From a virus, in the IMG/VR virus record IMGVR_UViG_3300018080_005419: a DNA stretch of 64,000 nucleotides. One strand, written 5' to 3'. The position numbers and the translations under genes are program-made. The notes beneath the pieces were generated by a model, which was given only the letters and a program-made list of their open reading frames with translations, was not told the origin of the DNA and made no database searches. Of the stretch, positions 20,838-27,968 are shown piece by piece. Positions within the stretch are counted from its first letter, which is position 1; the number at the start of each line of letters is the position of its first letter.

Positions 20838-21608
20838 CTACTCATCTTCTTGTTTAAGCGATTCCCAACATCTTTCTACTTCATCTCTTAACAATGGAGG
20901 ATGATAGACCGATTTTAATTTTGAGATGTCCATTACACAATTAACCAAGTATAATTTTTGGCTATCTATTAGTTCTTTCCCAGACATAGGCTCACCTTTT
21001 AATCCTAACCATTTTGCTAATAATGCTACAGAAGCATGACCATCGCAACAAACATTGTAAATACCATATTTGTTTGCTGTCAATAATGCTTTAGTTGCTT
21101 CAACAATAATATCAACGCTAGTATAAGAATTTTCCTCAACTACATATTTATTAAAATTAGATAGTTTACAGAGGAGGTTGTTTTTATCTTCATAGTCAGC
21201 AAAAAGAAGTCTCGGTCTAAGGATAAGATCTAACTCGCTACAGAACTTTTCGCCAGCCCATTTAGTCACAGTATAGTTACAATGTGCGGCTATAAATGAC
21301 TGTTCATCATGCAAATCTTCTTCGCCATCATAAAGACAGCCAGTTGATATATGTACAAACTTTTTATTTGTCTCTTTGCAAAACGAACTTAATGCTTTAG
21401 GAATGATTGCATTACTATATAAGGCAGGTTCAAAATTCTTTTCGCACCATCTTGTATTGCTTTTTGCTATGCAGTTAATAATCACATCATAATTTATAAG
21501 TTCGGCAATATTTTCTTCTATTACAAATTCTTTTCCTCTTACTTCAAATCCGGCTTTTTCAAATGCTTTACCTAAAAAGCCTCGTCCTAATACAACAATC
21601 TTTTTCAT
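20838..21608 (-). CDS. RmlD-like NAD-dependent sugar epimerase/reductase
   Basis: GRGFLG, HISTGCLY and YTVTK motifs. Confidence 0.7.
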   Translation of the reverse strand: MKKIVVLGRGFLGKAFEKAGFEVRGKEFVIEENIAELINYDVIINCIAKSNTRWCEKNFEPALYSNAIIPKALSSFCKETNKKFVHISTGCLYDGEEDLHDEQSFIAAHCNYTVTKWAGEKFCSELDLILRPRLLFADYEDKNNLLCKLSNFNKYVVEENSYTSVDIIVEATKALLTANKYGIYNVCCDGHASVALLAKWLGLKGEPMSGKELIDSQKLYLVNCVMDISKLKSVYHPPLLRDEVERCWESLKQEDE

Positions 21609-21662
21609 CTTTTCTCCTGGTTGTATATGCCCACATCACGGTGAACATCGTTCTATATACCC

Positions 21663-22331
21663 TCACAAATTTTTCGGTTCCATTCTTTCAAGTGCAATCT
21701 CGATAGGTGTACAGCCACTTCTGGCAAACCCTATCTTTCCCTTTTTTGGATATTTGCTAACTGTACAAACGCCAATTACTTTACCGTATTGATCTAAAAC
21801 AGGACCACCACTCATTCCTACTTCAATTTCTGCTGTAGTCCAAATAACATCAAGCTTTTTAGTGACATCATCTTGATCATCTATTACTCTACCGCAGACA
21901 AGACCAGTTTTTTCAACATAATTTCCATTTTTATCATATCCGCAAAATGTAACCGGAAATCCTTCTCTTCCTCTTTCATTTTCAAGCGTTCCATAAGGAA
22001 ATTCCATAGAAGAAGGCTCAAGATAATGCTCGGTTTGAGTTGTATCCATTACATAAACATCTTTATATTGTTCGTTCCATGTTATACCATACTTTTTATC
22101 TTCTGAAACTACCGCATGCCTAGCAACAACATAGAAAACTTTCTTTTTATACTTTAAATAAAAACCAGTAGACATATAACCTTTATCGTTTCTAAATCTA
22201 CTTATTGAATCTTGACGTTGGATTGTACTATTTTCGATAATTAAAGCATCATCTATAATTTTTTCTTTTATTTTTTCTGTACACCCAAGAAGGAATACAG
22301 TCGATAAAACCAAAACTAATATTTTTTTCAT
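21663..22331 (-). CDS. Trypsin-like serine protease, lipoprotein
   Basis: Lipobox FLLGC; VARHA (catalytic His); GMSGGPV (catalytic Ser). Confidence 0.75.
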   Translation of the reverse strand: MKKILVLVLSTVFLLGCTEKIKEKIIDDALIIENSTIQRQDSISRFRNDKGYMSTGFYLKYKKKVFYVVARHAVVSEDKKYGITWNEQYKDVYVMDTTQTEHYLEPSSMEFPYGTLENERGREGFPVTFCGYDKNGNYVEKTGLVCGRVIDDQDDVTKKLDVIWTTAEIEVGMSGGPVLDQYGKVIGVCTVSKYPKKGKIGFARSGCTPIEIALERMEPKNL

Positions 22332-22602
22332 TTCTTTTCCTCCTATCGACTGTTTACTCTTGCTTTGCTATCCAATATACTAAAATCATTAAAGATAATT
22401 TCCAGTCTAATTGAAATGACCAAATCAATATTGCAGAAAATAAAAATACACGACAAATAGATAACAAATCTGACATAAATCCAAACATATAAAGCCCCTT
22501 TACATTATACTTAAATATAAAACTAAAAACTGTTATATTATTTTATATATTTAATTCTGGTATGCTTTTATTTATAAGAAATGCAAATAAGGGGCCAAAA
22601 AT

Positions 22603-22947
22603 TTAATTTTTTATTTTATTTTTAATTGCCTGAAAAAGTTCCTCTTTTGTGAATGGTTTTTTTAAAAAGTCTTCTTCTTTTGTTTTTTTATATTTATCAT
22701 ATCCAGACATGAAAAGGACTGGAACATCAAATCCAAATGCCTTAGCTAATTCAATTCCTTCAGGTCCACTCCATTTTGGCATCATTATGTCGCAAATGAC
22801 TAAATCATATTCATTATCGTGTCCTGACAATAAATGATATGCTCCTTGACCATCGCTTATACAATCAACCTCATAGTCATTGATTAACATTTCCATCAAC
22901 ATAAATCTGATATGCCTACAATCGTCAACAATCAGTATCTTTTTCAT
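22603..22947 (-). CDS. Single-domain response regulator (CheY-like receiver)
   Basis: KILIVDD, DLVICDIMMP, LFMSG and FLKKPF motifs; start reassigned to MKKILIVDD. Confidence 0.9.
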   Translation of the reverse strand: MKKILIVDDCRHIRFMLMEMLINDYEVDCISDGQGAYHLLSGHDNEYDLVICDIMMPKWSGPEGIELAKAFGFDVPVLFMSGYDKYKKTKEEDFLKKPFTKEELFQAIKNKIKN

Positions 22948-23179
22948 CAGGAAGTCTACCCATTTTAGGTTCAAACACAGCACATTCCCAAATTGGAGCT
23001 ATAATATGATGACCTTCACAAACTTCTTTCCAATATCTAAAAAGGGCGCAGTTTCTACCATTTGGATCATAGTTCTTACATTCATAACAAATATGACTCT
23101 CTTTATATTTATCCTTTAAATCTATCCTAACCCAAGTACTCATCCCTTTATGCTCAGATTTAGCATATTTTGAGTCCAT
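22925..23179 (-). CDS. Small Cys-rich hypothetical protein
   Basis: ORF with a CYEC...C...C...C pattern. Confidence 0.5.
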   Translation of the reverse strand: MDSKYAKSEHKGMSTWVRIDLKDKYKESHICYECKNYDPNGRNCALFRYWKEVCEGHHIIAPIWECAVFEPKMGRLPDEKDTDC

Positions 23180-23202
23180 CGAGGTCGTCCCATAGTTGTA
23201 TT

Positions 23203-23715
23203 TTATTCTTTATCATTTCTATGTTTGAAATGATAAAGTTCTTGTTTATATTCTGATGTTGCTTCTGCTATTTTTGCTTTCTTTCTAAGCAAATGTTCGT
23301 ACATTGCATAATCAACTTGCTTAGGATATTTTTTACTCATCCATTTTTCATAAGCAATCCACTTTTTTGCTACTTCTTTTGTCATTTCAAATTTGCCAGC
23401 ATATTTCCCATACATAGCCACACCAATATTTTCATATATTTGGATACGCCTGTTCTTTTCCACATAATCCCAATATCCCAATCCAGACATTTTAAGCTCG
23501 GGAGAAGGACCCCACAACTTATTCCATCCCCTTCGCATATACACTCGATTTGGAATACCATCTTTGCCCTTAACTAAAACAACATCATTAGACTGTGTTG
23601 TCCGATTATAAGAATAAAGACCAACCGCTTCTATCCCATACCAAGTACCAGTTACTTGAGACGAAGAACAGCCAGTCAATACTAAACACATAAAAATTAA
23701 CATAAGCTTTTTCAT
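23203..23715 (-). CDS. Hypothetical lipoprotein
   Basis: MKKLMLIFMCLVLTGC lipobox. Confidence 0.6.
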   Translation of the reverse strand: MKKLMLIFMCLVLTGCSSSQVTGTWYGIEAVGLYSYNRTTQSNDVVLVKGKDGIPNRVYMRRGWNKLWGPSPELKMSGLGYWDYVEKNRRIQIYENIGVAMYGKYAGKFEMTKEVAKKWIAYEKWMSKKYPKQVDYAMYEHLLRKKAKIAEATSEYKQELYHFKHRNDKE

Positions 23716-23771
23716 TTTATTCTCCTTTTCTTTTTGTTAAAGACTTCTATTGATTGCGAAAATTATTTAAT

Positions 23772-24467
23772 TTATTTGCAATTTTCAATTTTGCTATAAA
23801 TAATATCCAATTGTCCCTCCATCACTTTATCTAATTTATATATCGCCTTTTTAACTCTTTCATCTTTGACTCTATTTTCTATAAAATTATATGTCCTAAT
23901 CTTTTCCGCTCTTCCAGATTTTCCAATTTGTTTTTGACGATTAGATTTTCGACTATTCTTTTCAGTATCTATTTGTTTTTCTTGTACTCTTGCTTTTAAT
24001 AATTCCAAAGCCTTTATTTTATTTAAACTTTGTGATCTTCCCCTAGTACAAACCGCTATTGTTTTAGTTGGTAAATGCTTAACTCTGACTCCTGTATCTG
24101 ATGTATTCCTATGTTGTCCTCCTGGACCTTGACCTCGGATAAAATCAACTTCAACATCATTCATATTAAAATTTTCTTGAGTTTTATTAATAGGAAGGAC
24201 AGCAACGGTAATTGTAGATGTATGCCGACGACCTTTTGATTCAGTAGGTGGTACTCTTTGAAGACGATGAATGCCAGACTCGTATTTCACAAGTCTTTCA
24301 ATATCGCCATCAATTTCGCAAATTATTTCAGAATCAGATACATCAAGGAGGGAGAGTTTGATTTGTTCTTGTTTGCAATACTTATCATACATCCTTAACA
24401 TTTCAAGGATAAATTGTTTTGCATCATCTCCACCAACACCTGCGCGAATTTCAAGAATAGCTCTCAT
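23772..24467 (-). CDS. RF1-type peptide chain release factor lacking domain 1
   Basis: EIRAGVGG, ESGIHRLQRVPPTE (PxT, RF1 specificity), HTSTITVAVLP, GPGGQ and EKIRTYNF; 231 aa, against about 360 aa for a full RF1. Confidence 0.85.
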   Translation of the reverse strand: MRAILEIRAGVGGDDAKQFILEMLRMYDKYCKQEQIKLSLLDVSDSEIICEIDGDIERLVKYESGIHRLQRVPPTESKGRRHTSTITVAVLPINKTQENFNMNDVEVDFIRGQGPGGQHRNTSDTGVRVKHLPTKTIAVCTRGRSQSLNKIKALELLKARVQEKQIDTEKNSRKSNRQKQIGKSGRAEKIRTYNFIENRVKDERVKKAIYKLDKVMEGQLDIIYSKIENCK

Positions 24468-24570
24468 TTGAGAATCTCCTTTCGAAAGACAATATTTCAC
24501 TACGACAAAACTAAATTTAGATAGTTTTGCTAATAGCAGTCAGTCATCGAAAGGAGAAATTTAGCCACTT

Positions 24571-25053
24571 TCAAGATCCTTCTTTTTTCTTAAGTTTTCT
24601 GGCACCTTCAACTAATGTTTCTTCTAATGCTACATCTATTCCCAATTTTAATTTTATCTTTCCTGGCACATTATCATTTTGTATTGCAAAATCTCTAAAT
24701 GTACTCCTATCAGAAATCAAGCATTCTTCTGGATCATAATCTAATACTCTTAAAATTTTATCTATATATTCTTTGTATGCTTCTACTTTTTCCTGACAAG
24801 CCATCTTTATATCTTCTATTTTTGGTGTTTCCCAGAAGAATCCATATTCGCCATGTTCAACAACTATTTCATGACACATATTAACGGGAATGCCTAAAAT
24901 TTCTCCTAAACCTCGAAACTTGCATAACAAAGAGGACTCATCCCACGGTCCTTCTTCCCATGACTTTCTAGGACGTTCTTTATAGATATATGCTATATTT
25001 CCCGTAGGAGTCTTTTCATTTCTAATCCAAATTTTTATTTTTTCTTTTTCCAT
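24571..25053 (-). CDS. Hypothetical protein
   Basis: 160-aa ORF in the main gene orientation; no recognised motif. Confidence 0.55.
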   Translation of the reverse strand: MEKEKIKIWIRNEKTPTGNIAYIYKERPRKSWEEGPWDESSLLCKFRGLGEILGIPVNMCHEIVVEHGEYGFFWETPKIEDIKMACQEKVEAYKEYIDKILRVLDYDPEECLISDRSTFRDFAIQNDNVPGKIKLKLGIDVALEETLVEGARKLKKKEGS

Positions 25054-25073
25054 TTTGTTTCTCTTTTAAATTT

Positions 25074-25360
25074 TGGAGCCACCGGAGGGAATCGAACCCC
25101 CAACCTGCGGTTTCTCCCATTTTCGACTTTCATCGACATCAAAAAGATGCTTATGGGATGGACTTTCCCTTCACCATATCATTTTACTGACTTAGGTGGG
25201 CCGTGTCAAGTCTCTACACTCGCATTTCTGCTAGCTCGGGATTGCCATCAGCATTATCTGTTAAGGTTTCCCCGATTTAGCGGCCTCCACCATATATATT
25301 TCTATATATGGGTGCAATTTTACTTACAAAACCGCTGCTCTACCGTTGAGCTACAGTGGC
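25074..25360 (-). tRNA. trnT: tRNA-Thr(UGU) split by a group I intron between positions 36 and 37
   Basis: Exon 1 25360-25326 (GCCACTG...GCGGT TTTGT) and exon 2 25113-25074 (AAACCGC...GGTTCGATTCC...CGGTGGC T CCA) join into a complete cloverleaf. Confidence 0.92.
25114..25325 (-). ncRNA. 212-nt group I self-splicing intron, no ORF
   Basis: 5' exon ends in U and the intron ends in G. P (AAATCGGGGAAAC), Q (AATCCCGAGC), R (GTAGAGACTTGA), S (AAGGGAAAGTCC), P3 GGCCG/CGGCC, a P2 with GAAA tetraloop and P1 TGT/GCA with U.G at the splice site are all present. Confidence 0.9.
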
Positions 25361-25442
25361 GTTTTCCCCTTTATTTTACGAGAAGTTTTACAAAAGAAAG
25401 CCCACTACTTTAGTTGTGGGATGAATTTTGTCTACTTTCCTC

Positions 25443-25471
25443 TTGACAACGATCATAATTCCTCTTATAGT
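25443..25471 (+). promoter_or_regulatory. sigma70-type promoter inside the IS-derived element
   Basis: TTGACA-N17-TATAGT, followed by the boxA-like GTTCTTTGAAAAC. Confidence 0.75.
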
Positions 25472-25654
25472 AACACATAAGTTCTTTGAAAACCTGGGTA
25501 TATGGTTGCCTACAATTAAAGCCTTTGTAGGTGTAAAACCCTAAAACGGGTACAAAGTGAGTTTATATAAGATAAACTTAAAAGAATTCATGACGGGTAA
25601 AATCGCAGCTTTCTTTCTAAATTTAAACATTCTTATATACCTCAAAAACCAAAT

Positions 25655-25767
25655 TTTATGCAGAAGGGGCATCTTCTGTTGGTTTAGATACTGTAAGACT
25701 ATTCCTTCGGATAGCTAGTATCGCTTAAGCCAGAATCCCACGATCTTTAGTCGTGGGAGTATGTCAA
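25655..25767 (+). ncRNA. Probable TnpB omega-RNA scaffold remnant
   Basis: Hairpin-rich right end (CAGAAG/CTTCTG; ...GTAAGAC...; terminal CCCACGA/TCGTGGG...TCAA) overlapping the tnpB C-terminal codons, as in known IS605 elements. The 5' boundary is approximate. Confidence 0.6.
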
Positions 25768-25859
25768 GAAGTCTGATTACAAAGCCACATAATAAGCGCG
25801 TAACCAATAGTGGCCATTAACAAAAGAGTGACAAACAAAAATCCAATTGCTTTTTTCAT
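25764..25859 (-). CDS. 31-aa membrane peptide whose stop codon is supplied by the IS end
   Basis: MKKAIGFLFVTLLLMATIGYALIMWLCNQTS*, with GGAG upstream. Confidence 0.5.
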   Translation of the reverse strand: MKKAIGFLFVTLLLMATIGYALIMWLCNQTS

Positions 25860-26044
25860 TTTATATAACTCCTAGAAATCAAATATAAATATCAACATTC
25901 TCGCCTAATCCCTTTTCTTTTGTTCCTTCTATCTTATATTTTCCAACTGGTTTATCTTTCACAATATCACCAAATTTTTGATTTTGGGAATACTTATATA
26001 AATGAAATTTCCTAACTATTGAGTTTGATTGAATGTTCATTATT

Positions 26045-26392
26045 TTATTTTGCCATTAATGATCGAATTTCCCAGGTACGAACATAAGCCTCAGCACATC
26101 TCCTTGCCAAAGTTGGATCTACATTCCTTTTATAAAGATATAAGAATACTGCTGCTGCTCTTCTTGCTTTTCTTTCTAAATTAGGAGAAGCAAAGTCTGT
26201 AAATCGAATATGTTTATCTTCCCATATCATCATCCAGTGGTTGTTCATTTCTCCATTTTTAATTATATCAAATTTAACTTCTACATCTTCTTCTTGTAAA
26301 AATTGTTCTATTAATCTTTCATCAAATTTATCATCCATACAATCCTTGGCAAATTGAAAATCATCGCTTTTACCAAAAAAACGTTTCGTCAA
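26045..26392 (-). CDS. Hypothetical protein
   Basis: 115-aa ORF in the main orientation. Confidence 0.5.
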   Translation of the reverse strand: MTKRFFGKSDDFQFAKDCMDDKFDERLIEQFLQEEDVEVKFDIIKNGEMNNHWMMIWEDKHIRFTDFASPNLERKARRAAAVFLYLYKRNVDPTLARRCAEAYVRTWEIRSLMAK

Positions 26393-26426
26393 TCTAATTA
26401 ATGCTACAAAAAATTCTTTAATTATT

Positions 26427-26864
26427 TTAGTTTCCCCTTAACTGTAATTTGCACATCCAATATTTAACGAAACTTTCAGTGACCGAATCCATACCTGTTG
26501 TTGCAAAATTATTTATTCGTGGAACCAAAACCAATTGAATTCCTAATTGCTTGCACGTCTCAGATTCTATACAAGATTCTCCATATTCTTCACCGTTACA
26601 ATGTATATCCGGGTGTATTCTCTTTAAAAAATCGATTGGTGTTGACTCATTAAATATAAAAACCTCATCAATAAACCCTAGCGACATCAATGCTTTCTTT
26701 CTTGTTTCTTCATCGTAAAATGGATCTCTTTTATTCTCTTTTATATAAGAATCACTATTAATACCAACCTTTAAAACATCACCCTGAGCGCGACAAAACC
26801 CAAGGAAAAATAAATGACCTGGATGAATACCGTCAAAACAACCATTACAAGTCACAATAATCAT
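26427..26864 (-). CDS. HIGH-motif cytidylyl/adenylyltransferase (TagD/RfaE-like)
   Basis: NGCFDGIHPGH, VGINSDS, VDEVFIF and NGEEY motifs. Confidence 0.85.
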   Translation of the reverse strand: MIIVTCNGCFDGIHPGHLFFLGFCRAQGDVLKVGINSDSYIKENKRDPFYDEETRKKALMSLGFIDEVFIFNESTPIDFLKRIHPDIHCNGEEYGESCIESETCKQLGIQLVLVPRINNFATTGMDSVTESFVKYWMCKLQLRGN

Positions 26865-26878
26865 TTTAAATTCTCATT

Positions 26879-27319
26879 TTATACACTGGAACTACTTGAA
26901 CTACTAACAACGAAATAGTTTGCCAATGTCAACTTTGCAGTCATTTCATTTGTATGAGTTTGTGAATTTATTGTTGTTACTTCAAATTTAGCATCAATAA
27001 CGGAAACAGGTACAATAGGAACACTTGGCAATGTAGTCGAATCATGAACATAATGCACAATATCTGTATCTGTAGCACCATTTAAAGCACTCATAAAATT
27101 CGTATAATTTATATTTGTCTCTCCTGTTCCCAATGCAAAAAATACAAAATAAGTACTAGTTGTATCTCCTGCTGTCGTACTAAGAATTTGTTTGTAAGAT
27201 CCATAATCCTGAACAGATAAAATTGATCCTGTGCCATAATCATAAACAATCTCAAAATTTGCAGGACTTATGGTTTCTCCTACATCCATAATATCTTTAA
27301 GTTCTGCTACCGTAAGCAT
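26879..27319 (-). CDS. Thr/Ser-rich hypothetical protein, first gene after the Thr attenuator
   Basis: 146 aa with 21 Thr and a poly-Ser tail; AAGGAG upstream. Confidence 0.65.
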   Translation of the reverse strand: MLTVAELKDIMDVGETISPANFEIVYDYGTGSILSVQDYGSYKQILSTTAGDTTSTYFVFFALGTGETNINYTNFMSALNGATDTDIVHYVHDSTTLPSVPIVPVSVIDAKFEVTTINSQTHTNEMTAKLTLANYFVVSSSSSSSV

Positions 27320-27396
27320 GAGCCAATCTCCTTTTACGTTTTAAATACTTGCTTATATTATATCTTGATAAATAGAAGATTACTCAAAATTCCAAT

Positions 27397-27425
27397 AAAA
27401 AACCACCGAGTTTCAGCCCGGTGGT
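27397..27425 (-). terminator. Attenuator terminator (3:4 hairpin)
   Basis: ACCACCGGG-CTGAAA-CTCGGTGGT followed by a T tract. Confidence 0.85.
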
Positions 27426-27447
27426 GAAGTCCGTAAGTCTAATGCTA

Positions 27448-27522
27448 TCACCACCTAAGCTCATTTTTATTGAGCTTTGTCGTTGTAGTTCTTATGGTTG
27501 TGGTGATTACGCTAAAGTTCAT
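27448..27522 (-). CDS. Thr-rich attenuator leader peptide MNFSVITTTIRTTTTKLNKNELRW
   Basis: 7 Thr codons (ACC ACA ACC, ACT ACA ACG ACA); the stop codon lies in segment 2 of mutually exclusive 1:2, 2:3 and 3:4 hairpins. Confidence 0.85.
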   Translation of the reverse strand: MNFSVITTTIRTTTTKLNKNELRW

Positions 27523-27567
27523 GTTTTCTCACAATTCTTATCACTTTCTAAAAACAGACTAAAAATC

Positions 27568-27596
27568 AATATAAATCATAAAACAAACAAAGTCAA
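27568..27596 (-). promoter_or_regulatory. sigma70-type promoter of the Thr leader
   Basis: TTGACT-N17-TATATT. Confidence 0.7.
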
Positions 27597-27610
27597 GTTC
27601 TTTTTAATTA

Positions 27611-27799
27611 TTAAACATCCATATACTCCTTTAACAAACGAAAAACTCTGTATGTATTATATCCAACTATCGTAGCCTTTTGATGTATTTCTTTAGCCTT
27701 CTCTTTAAAACCATGTGCTGCTAATATGCTAGCTGCTTTAACAATCATAGCATATCCGTCTATATCTTTTTCTGGATCTAGTTTCATCTTGGGTTTCAT
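27611..27799 (-). CDS. Small hypothetical protein
   Basis: Start reassigned to MKPKMKLDPEK. Confidence 0.45.
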   Translation of the reverse strand: MKPKMKLDPEKDIDGYAMIVKAASILAAHGFKEKAKEIHQKATIVGYNTYRVFRLLKEYMDV

Positions 27800-27968
27800 C
27801 GTATTACCTAATTTAAATAACTCTGGCAACCAAATTGCAAGTATACTATTGAAATAACGCAAATCAAGTGGCAAATTGTAAACTAATGATAATAATCACC
27901 CCATAGTATATCAATAATCACTTAAAACAATAAACAAAATATTTCTCTTTCTATTTTGGGGTAAAGGG

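Larger units (their letters stand above)
25392..25767 (+). mobile_element. Non-autonomous IS200/IS605 (IS608-like) element, 376 bp
   Basis: Left end: TTAC|...AAAG plus hairpin CCCACTAC-TTTA-GTTGTGGG. Right end: GAAT plus hairpin CCCACGA...TCGTGGG...TCAA|. These are the IS608 cleavage/guide tetranucleotide pairs. No tnpA; only a tnpB-like C-terminal remnant remains (AEGASSVGLDTVRL...IA*). Confidence 0.85.

Noticed and set aside
22341-22390. Apparent period-5 pattern
   Set aside because: Broken phase and weak triplet consensus; it overlaps the end of a plausible 44-aa membrane ORF (MFGFMSDLLSICRVFLFSAILIWSFQLDWKLSLMILVYWIAKQE).
25590-25718. 42-aa plus-strand ORF inside the IS-derived element
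   Set aside because: No RBS and no recognisable motif; the informative frame is the alternative tnpB-like C-terminal remnant.
27420-27530. tmRNA, 6S RNA or riboswitch reading of the hairpins
   Set aside because: No tRNA-like domain or long 6S duplex. The Thr-rich ORF with exclusive 1:2, 2:3 and 3:4 pairings explains the structure fully.
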